From Bacteroidales bacterium (GTDB lineage: Bacteria; Bacteroidota; Bacteroidia; Bacteroidales; UBA3824): 64,000 bases of DNA. Positions 53,126-63,951 of the stretch are shown here, piece after piece. Below the pieces are notes generated by a model that searched no databases, was not told where the DNA came from, and saw only the letters and a list, made by a program, of their open reading frames with translations. Every line of letters starts with the position of its first letter. The stretch's first letter is position 1. The translations under genes were made by a program, and so were the position numbers. The stretch is taken from NCBI GenBank assembly GCA_045628165.1, contig JAZQPB010000156.1:17367-81366 (forward strand), written 5' to 3'.

Positions 53126-55354
53126 ATGAGAAAACATATAAACATAAAGAAATTATTACTAAAGGGCGGAATATTGATGCTGTCTGCGTCATTATTTATA
53201 CCAGCCTGCAAACCTCCCGACGACGAGTTTGACATTCAGCTGGCCAATAGCAAGCCTGTAAAGTTCATTACCGACGATATACACAGCCGATATACCAACC
53301 TGGACTCGCTATCTTTCGCCTACAACGAGGCCATGCAGCAGGCAAGGCAATACAACGACGAGACGGCATTAGCTAAAATATACCACAAGTATTTTGACAG
53401 CTACCTGCAGCGCGGAATGCTCCAGGACGCCTACAACTACGCCGACAGCCTCGACAAACTGGGCCTGCGCACCGAAAACATTTACATACAGGCGCGGGGA
53501 TATCTCGATCTCTGTATAATACTGGCCAGGATGAACAACTACTCCATAGCCAGCAAAAACTATTTTGAGGCACTGGGAATATACGCGCGCCTGGGCGACA
53601 CCGCCAATATGGCCCGGGCTTTCCTGTCAATGGGAAACGCAAGCTACAATGCAATGGTTTACGATTCGGCGGCCACGTATCTCGACAGGGCTACTGGACT
53701 ATCCAAGAAGATGAATCTCGACATGGAGTTTGCAAGGTCATTCGCATACAAGGGAGAGATGGAACTGCAGAAATTCACCAGCGACCTCGCCAATCCCGAC
53801 ATCACGCTCATAAGGAAAAGCAAGGAACTGCTGGAAGCCGCCAAAAACCTCAACAACAAAGCTCCAAACAACAATACCGAAGAGATTATAAATCTGGCGC
53901 TTACCGAGACCAATTATTTTCTGGCGCAGGGCATTCCAAATCCCATGGCCAAGCGTGACCTACAGAACAATGTACTGGAAAACATAGAGGACGCATTGGA
54001 ATACACAAAATTCAGCAATCAGCCCGAAAAAGCCAAGCTTCTCCGCCTGATTCAGGTAAACACGCTCGTAGACCTGAACAGAATAGCCGAAGCCAAGGAG
54101 ATAGTGGAGCTGATACACAAGAAATCGATTGAGGATTCAGCATACATCTATCAGGAGGCATACTATACCACCAAGGCGGTAATAGCCGAGGCCGAGGGCA
54201 GATATCAGGATGCAATGGTCTACGGCAAGAAGGCAAGCCTCTACAAGAGCAGTCAGGATATACACGACGACTCGTACACTAAGAGCCTTCAGCTGGCCCG
54301 AAACCAAAACCAGGGCGAGAAAATGCGCGCCAAGATGGAGATACGCGGACAGCAGCAGGCCAAACGCACGATTACGATAATCGGAATAACAGTATTGCTT
54401 TCGATAACGATAATCACAATACTCATTTACCGAAACTTGCGCAGGAGCAAGATTCTCAATGACAAGATTACCGCGCAGAACGACGAGATAAAAAGCATAA
54501 ACAACGAGGTAATAAAACAGAACAAGGAGATAACCGACGGAATCAATTATGCGAGCCTGATACAGACTGCTATTCTGCCGAGCGCCGAGAAGATGCAGAA
54601 CACATTCGGCGATCATCTGGTAATCTACAAGGCCAAGGAGATTGTATCAGGCGATTACTTCTGGAGTTACGAGACCGCACGGCAGAAACTCATCGCAGTA
54701 TGCGACTGTACAGGCCACGGAGTACCCGGCGCAATGCTCAGCATGCTCGGCATCAATATCCTGGAGCACGCCACCAGAAGAATTTCGTTTCAGCCCAAGA
54801 CCGCAGCTGAAATCCTGGACGATGCGCGCACCGAGTTCAAGAAAATTCTAAACCAGACTCACTATTCCGCCAAGGGAGCCAAGGACAGCATCGACATGGC
54901 CATAATAGTATACAACAAGCCAACCAAGACACTGGACTATGCCGGCGCACAGCGTCCGCTCTACATAATCCGCAACGGCGAGCTGATAAGGTACAAGGCC
55001 GACCCGATGCCTATTGGAGTTTATCCGATAGAGAAAGAGCATTTTACAAACCACCTCGTGAAACTGGAAGACAACGACTACATCTACATGTTTTCCGACG
55101 GAATACAGGATCAGTTTGGATGGATGGCCGAAAGACCAACTCCGGCATCATTCTCATCAAGACGATTGAACGAGATGCTGCTGAACAATTACACCAAACC
55201 ATTCAGCGAGCAGAAGGAGATTTTCCTGAAGGAAATAGAGGAATGGAAGAAGGGCAAAACCGAAGGCCAGGCCAACTGCTCACAGACCGACGACAACATA
55301 ATAATCGGAATTTCGGTCAAAAATATGATGGAAGCCAACAACCGCTCAAAATAA
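53126..55354 (+). CDS. TPR-containing membrane PP2C/SpoIIE-family phosphatase (SiaA-like)
   Basis: N-terminal signal/lipobox, TPR-like helical repeats, a TM helix (ITIIGITVLLSITIITILIY) and a C-terminal SpoIIE domain (VSGDYFW, CDCTGHGVPGAMLS, SDGIQDQ). Confidence 0.8.
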   Translation: MRKHINIKKLLLKGGILMLSASLFIPACKPPDDEFDIQLANSKPVKFITDDIHSRYTNLDSLSFAYNEAMQQARQYNDETALAKIYHKYFDSYLQRGMLQDAYNYADSLDKLGLRTENIYIQARGYLDLCIILARMNNYSIASKNYFEALGIYARLGDTANMARAFLSMGNASYNAMVYDSAATYLDRATGLSKKMNLDMEFARSFAYKGEMELQKFTSDLANPDITLIRKSKELLEAAKNLNNKAPNNNTEEIINLALTETNYFLAQGIPNPMAKRDLQNNVLENIEDALEYTKFSNQPEKAKLLRLIQVNTLVDLNRIAEAKEIVELIHKKSIEDSAYIYQEAYYTTKAVIAEAEGRYQDAMVYGKKASLYKSSQDIHDDSYTKSLQLARNQNQGEKMRAKMEIRGQQQAKRTITIIGITVLLSITIITILIYRNLRRSKILNDKITAQNDEIKSINNEVIKQNKEITDGINYASLIQTAILPSAEKMQNTFGDHLVIYKAKEIVSGDYFWSYETARQKLIAVCDCTGHGVPGAMLSMLGINILEHATRRISFQPKTAAEILDDARTEFKKILNQTHYSAKGAKDSIDMAIIVYNKPTKTLDYAGAQRPLYIIRNGELIRYKADPMPIGVYPIEKEHFTNHLVKLEDNDYIYMFSDGIQDQFGWMAERPTPASFSSRRLNEMLLNNYTKPFSEQKEIFLKEIEEWKKGKTEGQANCSQTDDNIIIGISVKNMMEANNRSK

Positions 55355-55356
55355 GG

Positions 55357-55373
55357 CCGAAAATTTCGGTTTT
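55357..55373 (+). terminator. Short hairpin plus T-run directly after the stop codon
   Basis: CCGAAA/TTTCGG stem followed by TTTT. Confidence 0.45.
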
Positions 55374-55411
55374 CAGCCACCGCAGCGATAAAGTTACCGC
55401 AACTAATAGCC

Positions 55412-55462
55412 AACACCCCGGAATCGCCTTAAAAACGGGCAATTTCGGGGTGTTTTGTTTTT
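55412..55462 (+). terminator. Strong hairpin plus T-run (second of three in this spacer)
   Basis: AACACCCCG/CGGGGTGTT stem followed by TTGTTTTT. Confidence 0.55.
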
Positions 55463-55627
55463 ATGACGTTGTTGGGTTTTATTTCTCGCGCCTACGTTCC
55501 TCGCGCCTACGGCGCTTCGATTTTTTTTAAACAAAATATCCCGTTTTCCTTGAAACGAGCTGTCCGGTTGATGGCGCTTACAAATCTCATGGAAAGGAAA
55601 TCGGGATATTATATTATCCAAAACTTT

Positions 55628-57514
55628 CTAATTTTCTGATTCAGAAATACTTGAATCAATTTCTTGGCCATTAGCTGAAACCGACAAATCGTGAAGAATT
55701 TCCTCGTCGGGATGAAAATGTTGGTAAATTTTCACCGCCTTGCCCAAATCGACAACTTTTCGCAGTTCAAGAATCGGAAGTTCCGAAATTTTGCTCACCG
55801 AGCCGAAAGTTGTGAGAAGTTTTCCGATGGTCTTGTCGCCGATGCCGGGAATATCCTCGAGCACCGAATGAATCATTCCCTTCGATCTCTTGTTTCGGTG
55901 GAAGGTGATTCCGAAACGGTGGGCCTCGTCGCGGAGATGCTGAATAACTTTCAGAGTCGGCGAGGCTCTGTCGAGATAGAGCGGAATAGGATCTTCGGGA
56001 TAGAAAATTTCCTCGAGTCGCTTGGCCAAACCGACAACAGCAATTTTGGTATCGAGCCCGAGAGCCTGGAGAGTTTCGTAAGCGCATCTCAGCTGACCCT
56101 TGCCACCATCTATCACTATCAGCTGAGGCAATTCCTTACCTTCTTCCGAGAGGCGTTTGTATCTGCGGTAAACAACCTCGCGCATGGTGGCAAAGTCGTC
56201 GGCGCCCACCACGGTTTTCACATTGAACAAACGGTAATCTTTCTTGTAAGGTTTGCCGTTGCGGAAAACCACGCAGCTGGAAACGGGATTTGTTCCCTGA
56301 ATATTTGAGTTGTCGAAACACTCGATATGGCGCGGTTCCACACTCAGCTGAAGGTCGTCCTTCATGCGTTTCATCAGATTGTTGGTGGATGCATCGGGAT
56401 CCACAAGCGAGCGCTGTCTCTGCTGCTGGTCCATAAAGAGACGGCAGTTTCTGAGCGACCAATCCAAGAGCTGTTTCTTGTCGCCGTACTTGGGAACGGT
56501 GATTTTGAAATCGGCAAATTCGAAATCTATCTCCATCGGCAGAATAAGCTCCTCGGCATCGTCGCCGATATTTAGCTCGGAGAAATGAATGTCGGTGATA
56601 GTGGTTGTGAGAATGTCGACAGGGTCCTCCTCTACCCTATCCTTGATTTCGCGGGTAAAGGAACGGATAATTACCGAATTGGAAACCTTCATGAAATTCA
56701 CATAATAGAAATCGTCGCGCTCGTCCTTCAGGATCGAATAAACCTCCACCGTATTGAAAACCTTCACAGAGATTACATTCTTGGCGTGGTAATTATCGAG
56801 CACGTCGTATTTTTCCTTTATCAGCTGGGCCTTCTCAAACTCCAGATTCTCGGCAAGCTGCATCATCTGAGCGCGCATATTGTTGAGCACGTCAGTAGTG
56901 CGCCCGCTGAGAATCTTGCGGATGTTTTCGATATAGGCATTGTACTCCACTTTCGAAACCTTTCCGATGCATGGCGCGCAGCAGTTCTTGATATGGTAAT
57001 CGAGGCACACATCATGCTTGCCGGCCTGAACATTGCTCTCTACGAAAGAAGTTCTGCACGTTCTCAGCTGATATAAGCGTCGGAACATCTCGAGAATTTC
57101 CTTCATCTGGAAAACCGAAGTGTAGGGTCCGAAATATTGCGCGCCGTCCTTGAGCTTGGTCCTCGTGAAAAACACACGCGGGAAATCCTCCTTGCTGATA
57201 CAAATCCACGGATAAGTTTTATCGTCCTTGAGCAGGATATTATATCTCGGCTGAAACTTCTTTATGAGTTTGTTTTCCAGCAGAAGCGCATCAGTTTCGG
57301 TATCCACGCAAATATGGAGCAGGTCCTTGATATGCTTGACGAGGATCGCAGTCTTGCCTACTTGATTCTTTTCGCGGAAATAACTCGACACGCGGTTCCG
57401 CAAATTCTTGGCCTTGCCCACATAAATCACAGTGCCGTTCTCGTCGAGAAAATTATAAACCCCCGGCGAAAGCGGCAATGTCTTCACTTTGTATTCAAGA
57501 GATTTTTCATCCAT
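55628..57514 (-). CDS. uvrC: Excinuclease ABC subunit C
   Basis: GIY-YIG N-terminus (GVYNFLDENGTVIYVGKAKNLRNRVSSY), a UVR domain, an endonuclease V-like domain and a C-terminal HhH (IPGIGDKT). Confidence 0.9.
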   Translation of the reverse strand: MDEKSLEYKVKTLPLSPGVYNFLDENGTVIYVGKAKNLRNRVSSYFREKNQVGKTAILVKHIKDLLHICVDTETDALLLENKLIKKFQPRYNILLKDDKTYPWICISKEDFPRVFFTRTKLKDGAQYFGPYTSVFQMKEILEMFRRLYQLRTCRTSFVESNVQAGKHDVCLDYHIKNCCAPCIGKVSKVEYNAYIENIRKILSGRTTDVLNNMRAQMMQLAENLEFEKAQLIKEKYDVLDNYHAKNVISVKVFNTVEVYSILKDERDDFYYVNFMKVSNSVIIRSFTREIKDRVEEDPVDILTTTITDIHFSELNIGDDAEELILPMEIDFEFADFKITVPKYGDKKQLLDWSLRNCRLFMDQQQRQRSLVDPDASTNNLMKRMKDDLQLSVEPRHIECFDNSNIQGTNPVSSCVVFRNGKPYKKDYRLFNVKTVVGADDFATMREVVYRRYKRLSEEGKELPQLIVIDGGKGQLRCAYETLQALGLDTKIAVVGLAKRLEEIFYPEDPIPLYLDRASPTLKVIQHLRDEAHRFGITFHRNKRSKGMIHSVLEDIPGIGDKTIGKLLTTFGSVSKISELPILELRKVVDLGKAVKIYQHFHPDEEILHDLSVSANGQEIDSSISESEN

Positions 57515-57551
57515 ACTCCTACCCTATTTCAGTTTCACACGAAACATTTTT

Positions 57552-59405
57552 TCAACGTCCAAGATGAATCAACAATGTATTGATATCAGCTGGACTGACA
57601 CCAGGAATCCTGGAAGCCTGGCCAATATTTGCAGGTCTGATTCTCGAAAGTTTTTGTCTGCATTCAGTTGAGAGCGATTTCAAAGATTCGAAATCCATAC
57701 TTTCAGGAATCTTTACATAATCGAGACGAGAGAGCTTTTCAGCTGTCTGCTCCTCCCTATCGATGTAGCCCTGGTATTTTAGTTTTATTTCAGCTGATTC
57801 AATTTCATGATGGCTGAACTTTTTCAGGAACGGAAAAACATCCTTGAGTTCCTCAAGAGCAACCTCGGTTCTAAGCACAACCGCGCTCAATTTATTTCCC
57901 TGAGTCATCGGCTTGCTGCCTTTCGATTCAAGATAACCGTTGATTTTTTCACATGAAACAGAAGTATTCTTACAGAATTCAAGAATCCGCTCCACGTTAT
58001 CAGCCTTAGACTTATACGTCTCGTAGCGTTCCTCGTCGGCCAAACCGAGATCGAAACCTCGCTTAGTTAAACGCTCGTCGGCATTATCCTGACGGAGAAG
58101 AATTCTATATTCGGAGCGAGAGGTAAACATACGGTAAGGCTCATCTACGCCTTTTGTAACGAGGTCGTCGATAAGCACACCGATATAGGCATCTTTTCTG
58201 GAAAGTACAAGCTCTTCCCTACCCTGGAAAGACAGCGCGGCATTGATTCCGGCCACCAAACCCTGACAGGCAGCCTCCTCATATCCGGTGGTTCCATTCA
58301 CCTGACCCGCGAAATAGCATCCGCTGACAACCTTGGATTCCAAAGTATGAAGCAGCTGAGTAGGATCAAAATAGTCATATTCTATCGCATATCCCGGTCT
58401 GAAAATTTTGCATTTTTCCAATCCCGGAATCTTTCGGATAGCGGAATATTGAACCTCGAAAGGAAGCGAAGAAGAGAAACCATTGAGATAATATTCGCAA
58501 GTACCAGTCCCTTCAGGCTCAAGAAAAACAGGATGCGAGCTCTTATCGGCGAAAGTCACAATCTTGGTTTCCACCGAAGGACAATATCTCGGACCTGTAG
58601 ATTTGATGGTTCCATTGAAAAGCGGACTGCGGTCAAATCCCTTTTTCAGCTCCTCATGAACCTCAGGATTGGTATATGAAATATAACATTCCCTTTGCGG
58701 AAGCTTTGTAATTTTATGAGCCATGTACGAGAAAGAGTCTTCAGCTGAATCACCAGCCTGTGGCGTCATAGCCGAAAAATCTATTGTACGGCCGTCGATT
58801 CTCGCAGGCGTTCCGGTTTTCATTCTGCCTGTTTTCACTCCAGCTGATAGCAAAGTCTCTGTAAGTCCATGCGCAGGAATCTCGCCTATTCTGCCACCTT
58901 GGTACTGACTTGTGCCGACATGCATAAGTCCGTTGAGGAAAGTTCCGGCAGTAATCACAACTTTCTTGCACTTAAACTGGACGCCGAAAACAGTTTCGAT
59001 ACCCACTACCCTACCCTCTTCTACGCAGATTTTGCTTACAGTATCTTGCCAGAAATAGAGATTCGGAATCAGCTCCAACTGATCGCGCCAGAAAATCGAG
59101 AACTTCACACGGTCGCACTGAGCGCGCGGCGACCACATAGCAGGACCCTTAGAACGGTTAAGCATACGGAACTGAATAGAGCTCATATCCGTAACAATTC
59201 CAGTAAGACCGCCAAGCGCATCTATCTCACGGACAATCTGTCCTTTCGCAATTCCGCCGATCGCAGGATTGCAGGACATCTGTCCGAACTTTGCCATATC
59301 CATTGTAATGAGCAAAGTACGCACGCCAAGCTTAGCCGAAGCGGCCGCAGCCTCACATCCGGCATGCCCCGCTCCTATCACAATTACATCATACTCTTCT
59401 ATCAT
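57552..59405 (-). CDS. mnmG: tRNA uridine 5-carboxymethylaminomethyl modification enzyme MnmG (GidA)
   Basis: FAD motif [16 protein letters not shown]; 617 aa with GidA-like sequence throughout. Confidence 0.9.
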   Translation of the reverse strand: MIEEYDVIVIGAGHAGCEAAAASAKLGVRTLLITMDMAKFGQMSCNPAIGGIAKGQIVREIDALGGLTGIVTDMSSIQFRMLNRSKGPAMWSPRAQCDRVKFSIFWRDQLELIPNLYFWQDTVSKICVEEGRVVGIETVFGVQFKCKKVVITAGTFLNGLMHVGTSQYQGGRIGEIPAHGLTETLLSAGVKTGRMKTGTPARIDGRTIDFSAMTPQAGDSAEDSFSYMAHKITKLPQRECYISYTNPEVHEELKKGFDRSPLFNGTIKSTGPRYCPSVETKIVTFADKSSHPVFLEPEGTGTCEYYLNGFSSSLPFEVQYSAIRKIPGLEKCKIFRPGYAIEYDYFDPTQLLHTLESKVVSGCYFAGQVNGTTGYEEAACQGLVAGINAALSFQGREELVLSRKDAYIGVLIDDLVTKGVDEPYRMFTSRSEYRILLRQDNADERLTKRGFDLGLADEERYETYKSKADNVERILEFCKNTSVSCEKINGYLESKGSKPMTQGNKLSAVVLRTEVALEELKDVFPFLKKFSHHEIESAEIKLKYQGYIDREEQTAEKLSRLDYVKIPESMDFESLKSLSTECRQKLSRIRPANIGQASRIPGVSPADINTLLIHLGR

Positions 59406-59833
59406 TTCGCAAAATCCTTATAGAAAATATCAATATAAAAGTTCTCCATTTTATGAATCTCAGCCTCCTGCTCGTCGGTCAAATCATCATAACCTACAAG
59501 ATGCATCACGCCGTGAATCATAACTCTCAGGAGTTCGTTCTCGAAAGAAACGCCGAAAGAATTCGCATTATCCCGCAATCTATCGGAGCTGATGAACATA
59601 TCACCGCTTATCACATCATCCTTCACATAATCGAAAGTTATGATATCGGTATAGTAGTCATGATTCAAATATTGCTTGTTCACATTAAGCAAATATTCAT
59701 CTGAGCAGAAAATATAAGTCACGTTTCCCGTGAAACAGCCCTCGTTTTTAATAGCATAATCTATCCATTTTTCGAGTTTCGACTGCTCTGGAAGCTGGAA
59801 TTCTACATCCTCAAAATTGAAACTAAAAGCCAT
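59402..59833 (-). CDS. ybeY: rRNA maturation RNase YbeY
   Basis: The zinc motif [11 protein letters not shown]; 143 aa; 4-nt overlap with mnmG. Confidence 0.85.
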   Translation of the reverse strand: MAFSFNFEDVEFQLPEQSKLEKWIDYAIKNEGCFTGNVTYIFCSDEYLLNVNKQYLNHDYYTDIITFDYVKDDVISGDMFISSDRLRDNANSFGVSFENELLRVMIHGVMHLVGYDDLTDEQEAEIHKMENFYIDIFYKDFAK

Positions 59834-59836
59834 ATT

Positions 59837-60232
59837 TTAAAGTTTAAAAGTCATTTTCAACAAAGTTCCACCTTCCAAAAACTCCAATCCATCCGACAAA
59901 CTCTTGATGAGATATATACCTCTACCGCTAAACTTCAGGATATTTTCAGGCAAAGTTGGGTCAGGAAGAGTCGAAAAATCAAATCCCATACCCTCGTCCT
60001 TAACATCAATTTCGAGAGTATTTCCCTTCAAAACCGCGTCAAGGAAAACGAATTTAGTTGAATCGAGACGGTTGCCGTGCTTTACAGCATTAACCACAGC
60101 CTCGGTTGTCGCTATAAGAATATTGCCATAAATCTCCTCGGAGATGTTGTTCTCCGAACTGATAGAGTCGATAAAATTCTCCGCAAGGACAATATTATCG
60201 ATACTTGTCTGGAAAGATAAAGACTTTTTCAT
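59837..60232 (-). CDS. RsbW/SpoIIAB-type HATPase_c serine kinase (SiaB-like / anti-sigma-factor-like)
   Basis: N-box EAVVNAVKHGN and G-box DEGMGFD, about 130 aa. Start set at ATG 60232 rather than the track's GTG at 60241. Confidence 0.7.
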   Translation of the reverse strand: MKKSLSFQTSIDNIVLAENFIDSISSENNISEEIYGNILIATTEAVVNAVKHGNRLDSTKFVFLDAVLKGNTLEIDVKDEGMGFDFSTLPDPTLPENILKFSGRGIYLIKSLSDGLEFLEGGTLLKMTFKL

Positions 60233-60240
60233 GTGAAACA

Positions 60241-63200
60241 CTAATCTAAGTTTTGTATGTAATTGTTGTATTTTTCTTGGTAATAAAGATTGAGATTCAG
60301 TGGCGAGGAATGTATAAATTCCTTGACGCCGAAATCCTTCAACTTCAGGTTTAGATTCTGAGAATTGTTGTTCTGAAAATCAAAACCTTGTTTACTTTCT
60401 CGTTTGTCGTCATAATCCTGTTCTTTCTCGGCTTTTTCCAAGTCCAAAAGTTTGTTGAAAACGAGATTCTGACGGTCAACAAGGCGCTTTGTAATGTTCT
60501 TGTTTACAATATCACGCTTGTTTTCTTCCATCATCTGCTGAATTTGATTCATCAGCTGCTGTTCCTGCTGAGAAACTCCCTTGCCATTTTGGATTTCCTG
60601 AAGCTGTTGCATCATCATTTCCTGCTGACGCAAAGCCTCGGCCAACTGCTGAGAAGACATCTTGTCGCCATTCTGCAACTGCTGGAGCATCTTTTGAAGT
60701 TGTTGTTTAAGCATCTGCTGCTGAGACTTCATCTGCTGAGTGCGTTGCTGTCGCCGCTGATTTTCCTTCTTGTTGCGGGTTTCAACGGATTCTTCGGAGT
60801 CCTCACCCTCCTCCCCTTCCTGCTGCTGCTTCTGCATATCGTCAGAAATTTGATTGAAAATAAGACTCAAATCATTGAAATAAGTCAGCAAGGTTTGCAT
60901 ATAAGCTGAAACATTGGCACGAGATCCGCCGTCAACAGCCTTGGTTACGAGTCCAAATTGGGTATGAATATGGTCAATCTTTGTATAAACCTCATGACCG
61001 AACTCCGGAGAACGCTTTGCCAAAGCATATATAGAATCCTGAACCAACGCAAAATCTTTCGAAATCGCATTTTGATCACGAAGCAAATCTGTTTGCATAT
61101 AAACAGTTTGAGTATTCTTGTTCAAGTTATCAATCAACTTCTCCTGATTGAATGAAATAGCAACCAAATTATCAAGAATCTGACGAATGTCATTCAAGTT
61201 TTCCTGACGTTTCTTTTGCTGATTTTTCTTTTTCAGACCATTCATTTCCTTAGACAAATCCTCCATTTCCTCGGAAGTTTGCTCCATTTGCTGAGAAATA
61301 TTTTGACGGCGTTGCTTCTCATTGGCGTTATTTGAGCCATTTTTATTGGAATCTGAACCCGATTTTTGGTCGTTTTTATTGAAATCTGAACCCGATTTTT
61401 GGTCATTTTTGTCGGAATTGTCTCCTGATTTTTGGTTATTTTTATCAGAAGAGTCGCCAGATTTTTGGTTCTTATCGCTTGAATTTTGCATATTCTGACC
61501 AGCTGAATCGCTTTTGTCAGAATCCGAATCGCCAGAATTTGCATCATTTTGCGCATCAGAATCATTAGAATCGGAGCCTTTTTCAGTCTGTTGTTCGGCT
61601 ATTTTTTTGTTTTCAGCTGATATATTTCCGTCTTTATCCTCGTTAGAATTGGACGAATTTTGGTCTGCATTAGCTCTGTCAGGATTAGACAAATCTGAAT
61701 TCTCTGGCTTCAAACCAAGATCCTTTTCCAGATTTTCAACTTCATTTTTTTGGAAATCCAGTTCCTTCGTAAGCTGTTCGAACTGCTTTTCCAAGTCCTG
61801 AAGATCCAATTTATTGTTGCCAAGTTGCTCATTCTGCTTCAGCAAATTGCTATATTCTTTATCAAGTTTATTGAAATCCTTACTGAATTCCTGCATTTTT
61901 TCAGACAAAGATTCACTTTTTGAACCCTTTTGCGACTTCATTTCATTGGCCAAATCTTTGTATTTTTCAGACATTTTCTTCAAATCATCGCTCAGATTAT
62001 GAAGCTTGTTGTCGATATTATACATTTTCATCAGCTCGCTGTTACGGTCGAGCTGTTCCGAAATCTGATTGAAATCAAATCTCAGCTCCTGAATATTGTC
62101 ACGAAGATTCTTTTCAGAAAGAACCTCCTTCATCTCTTCGATTCTATCGAGCAATTCCTTGATGTCTTCTGTCATCAAACCTTCCCACATTTCCTGCAAT
62201 TGCTTTTGTTTTTCGAGCAATTCCTGCGAGAGATTCTGATTCAGCTGATTCTCGAAAGCGTTTTTCGACATATTATCCTGAGAAAGATCATTCATCAAGT
62301 CCGACAATTTCTCCTGCTTTTGCATCAAATTATCAATTTTCAACTGTTTTTCCCAGTCTGAAATCTGATCATTTGATGTAACATTTTTCTGAAAATCATT
62401 CAAATCTGAATTCAATTCACGCAAAAGACGTTGAGCTTGGTCAATTTTATCAAAAATTGAAGAATTCAAATTTTCAACACGCTCCTGTTTTTCCTCGTTT
62501 GTAATTGTAGTGTAGACCGAAAGTGGCGTTTTAGCTGACTTGAAACCTGAGATTGGATCATTATCGCGAACCTCAAAATAATAAGAAACAGACTTAGAAA
62601 GATTGCTGAAATCAAAATAATAATAAAAATCCTGCGATACGCCTTTACGTAATTCTATATCAGCTGAATGAATATCCTTGGGATTATTGGAATCGAAATA
62701 TTTAAAACACAAACTATGGAAACCATAGTCATCAGAAATGTGCCCGGAAAAGAAAACGCCATTAGCTGAACTTGAATCAACCGCCGAAACTGCCACAATC
62801 TGAGGAGAATAGTCAGGCAAAAGATTCACGTGAAACAAATTTGAATTCATCAAAAATCCGCCCTCTCCCACTGCTGAGTAATAATAATCAAACGGTTTCA
62901 AGGCTCTCGTAACAACATTCAAGTTTTCAACAGCTTGTTTTACTTCCTGAGAAGTGCTGTCGATGTAAAAATTGAAAATTGTTGCATGTGAAACATTGAA
63001 AGCCCAAGTAAGCGTAGAGCCGAATGGTGCTGTAAAGTCGCTGAAGTTTTCAGTTGAAATCACATCCAATCCAGTATACTCAGGAGGACAGATTACCAAA
63101 TTGGAATAAGTTACATTAGGTCTATGAACCACGGAAATTTGATGTTTCTCAGATACAAAGTCAAGGTAATTGAAAGAGAATTCGATATCGGAAGTTACAT

Positions 63201-63951
63201 TCCGTAAAGTATAAGAAAAACAATCTGCGGAATCCGAATTCATACGAACGCTAAAGTTATCAGCTGATATGAAAATATCCTGCAAAATTGACGGTCCGGA
63301 AGATTTTAGACGGAGAGTAAAGTCATCACCATAAGCACAATAGAGGCTGTCGTTCAAAATTTCGATTGAATATGGATTTTCGGGAACATAATATGTGGAA
63401 TAATCCCAAAATCTATGAGATCCCTGAGAGAAATTTCGGTTGAAAATAGAACCAAAGGCAATCAGCAAAGCCAAAATTCCCAAAGAAACAAACAAAAACT
63501 TTGATGTTTTTTTGAAATTGATGGCATTTACAAAGTTCAAAGGACTTATAAGCGAAATCTTCTGATTGATAGCGGCGACTAAAATATCCGATTGATTGTT
63601 GGAATTAAGCTGGAGAATATTTATCAGCAAATCCTGAGACTCCGGGAAATGGTTCGAGATAATTTCCGCAGCTTCTTCCTGTGTGAGGAATGGAATAATT
63701 TTCAGATACTTGAAAAGCGGTATCAAAACAAAAAATATAAATATGGAAGCTAATATAAAAACCAAGAAATAGAAGACCAAAGTCTTGGTAAATGGTGACA
63801 TGAAAGCTACAGATTCCACCATCGAAACAGTGAAAAACGACACTATTGCAAACAATAATGACAAAACAACTCCAATAACAATTCTATTGAGATAGAACTT
63901 GTTAATAAAATCGTTTAATTTACCTTCTATGACACTAAAATTTGACTGCAT
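60241..63951 (-). CDS. Large membrane-anchored coiled-coil / low-complexity protein (DUF4175-like)
   Basis: Two or three N-terminal TM helices, a central beta-rich region, then about 600 aa of Q/E/K/N/S/D-rich coiled-coil and low-complexity sequence. Confidence 0.65.
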   Translation of the reverse strand: MQSNFSVIEGKLNDFINKFYLNRIVIGVVLSLLFAIVSFFTVSMVESVAFMSPFTKTLVFYFLVFILASIFIFFVLIPLFKYLKIIPFLTQEEAAEIISNHFPESQDLLINILQLNSNNQSDILVAAINQKISLISPLNFVNAINFKKTSKFLFVSLGILALLIAFGSIFNRNFSQGSHRFWDYSTYYVPENPYSIEILNDSLYCAYGDDFTLRLKSSGPSILQDIFISADNFSVRMNSDSADCFSYTLRNVTSDIEFSFNYLDFVSEKHQISVVHRPNVTYSNLVICPPEYTGLDVISTENFSDFTAPFGSTLTWAFNVSHATIFNFYIDSTSQEVKQAVENLNVVTRALKPFDYYYSAVGEGGFLMNSNLFHVNLLPDYSPQIVAVSAVDSSSANGVFFSGHISDDYGFHSLCFKYFDSNNPKDIHSADIELRKGVSQDFYYYFDFSNLSKSVSYYFEVRDNDPISGFKSAKTPLSVYTTITNEEKQERVENLNSSIFDKIDQAQRLLRELNSDLNDFQKNVTSNDQISDWEKQLKIDNLMQKQEKLSDLMNDLSQDNMSKNAFENQLNQNLSQELLEKQKQLQEMWEGLMTEDIKELLDRIEEMKEVLSEKNLRDNIQELRFDFNQISEQLDRNSELMKMYNIDNKLHNLSDDLKKMSEKYKDLANEMKSQKGSKSESLSEKMQEFSKDFNKLDKEYSNLLKQNEQLGNNKLDLQDLEKQFEQLTKELDFQKNEVENLEKDLGLKPENSDLSNPDRANADQNSSNSNEDKDGNISAENKKIAEQQTEKGSDSNDSDAQNDANSGDSDSDKSDSAGQNMQNSSDKNQKSGDSSDKNNQKSGDNSDKNDQKSGSDFNKNDQKSGSDSNKNGSNNANEKQRRQNISQQMEQTSEEMEDLSKEMNGLKKKNQQKKRQENLNDIRQILDNLVAISFNQEKLIDNLNKNTQTVYMQTDLLRDQNAISKDFALVQDSIYALAKRSPEFGHEVYTKIDHIHTQFGLVTKAVDGGSRANVSAYMQTLLTYFNDLSLIFNQISDDMQKQQQEGEEGEDSEESVETRNKKENQRRQQRTQQMKSQQQMLKQQLQKMLQQLQNGDKMSSQQLAEALRQQEMMMQQLQEIQNGKGVSQQEQQLMNQIQQMMEENKRDIVNKNITKRLVDRQNLVFNKLLDLEKAEKEQDYDDKRESKQGFDFQNNNSQNLNLKLKDFGVKEFIHSSPLNLNLYYQEKYNNYIQNLD
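61348..61479. repeat. Four 33-bp in-frame tandem repeats inside the 1236-aa gene
   Basis: The units are GGAATCTGAACCCGATTTTTGGTCGTTTTTATT, then GAAATCTGAACCCGATTTTTGGTCATTTTTGTC, then two more diverged copies. They encode (K)SGSD(F/S)NKNDQ-type 11-aa repeats. Confidence 0.8.
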
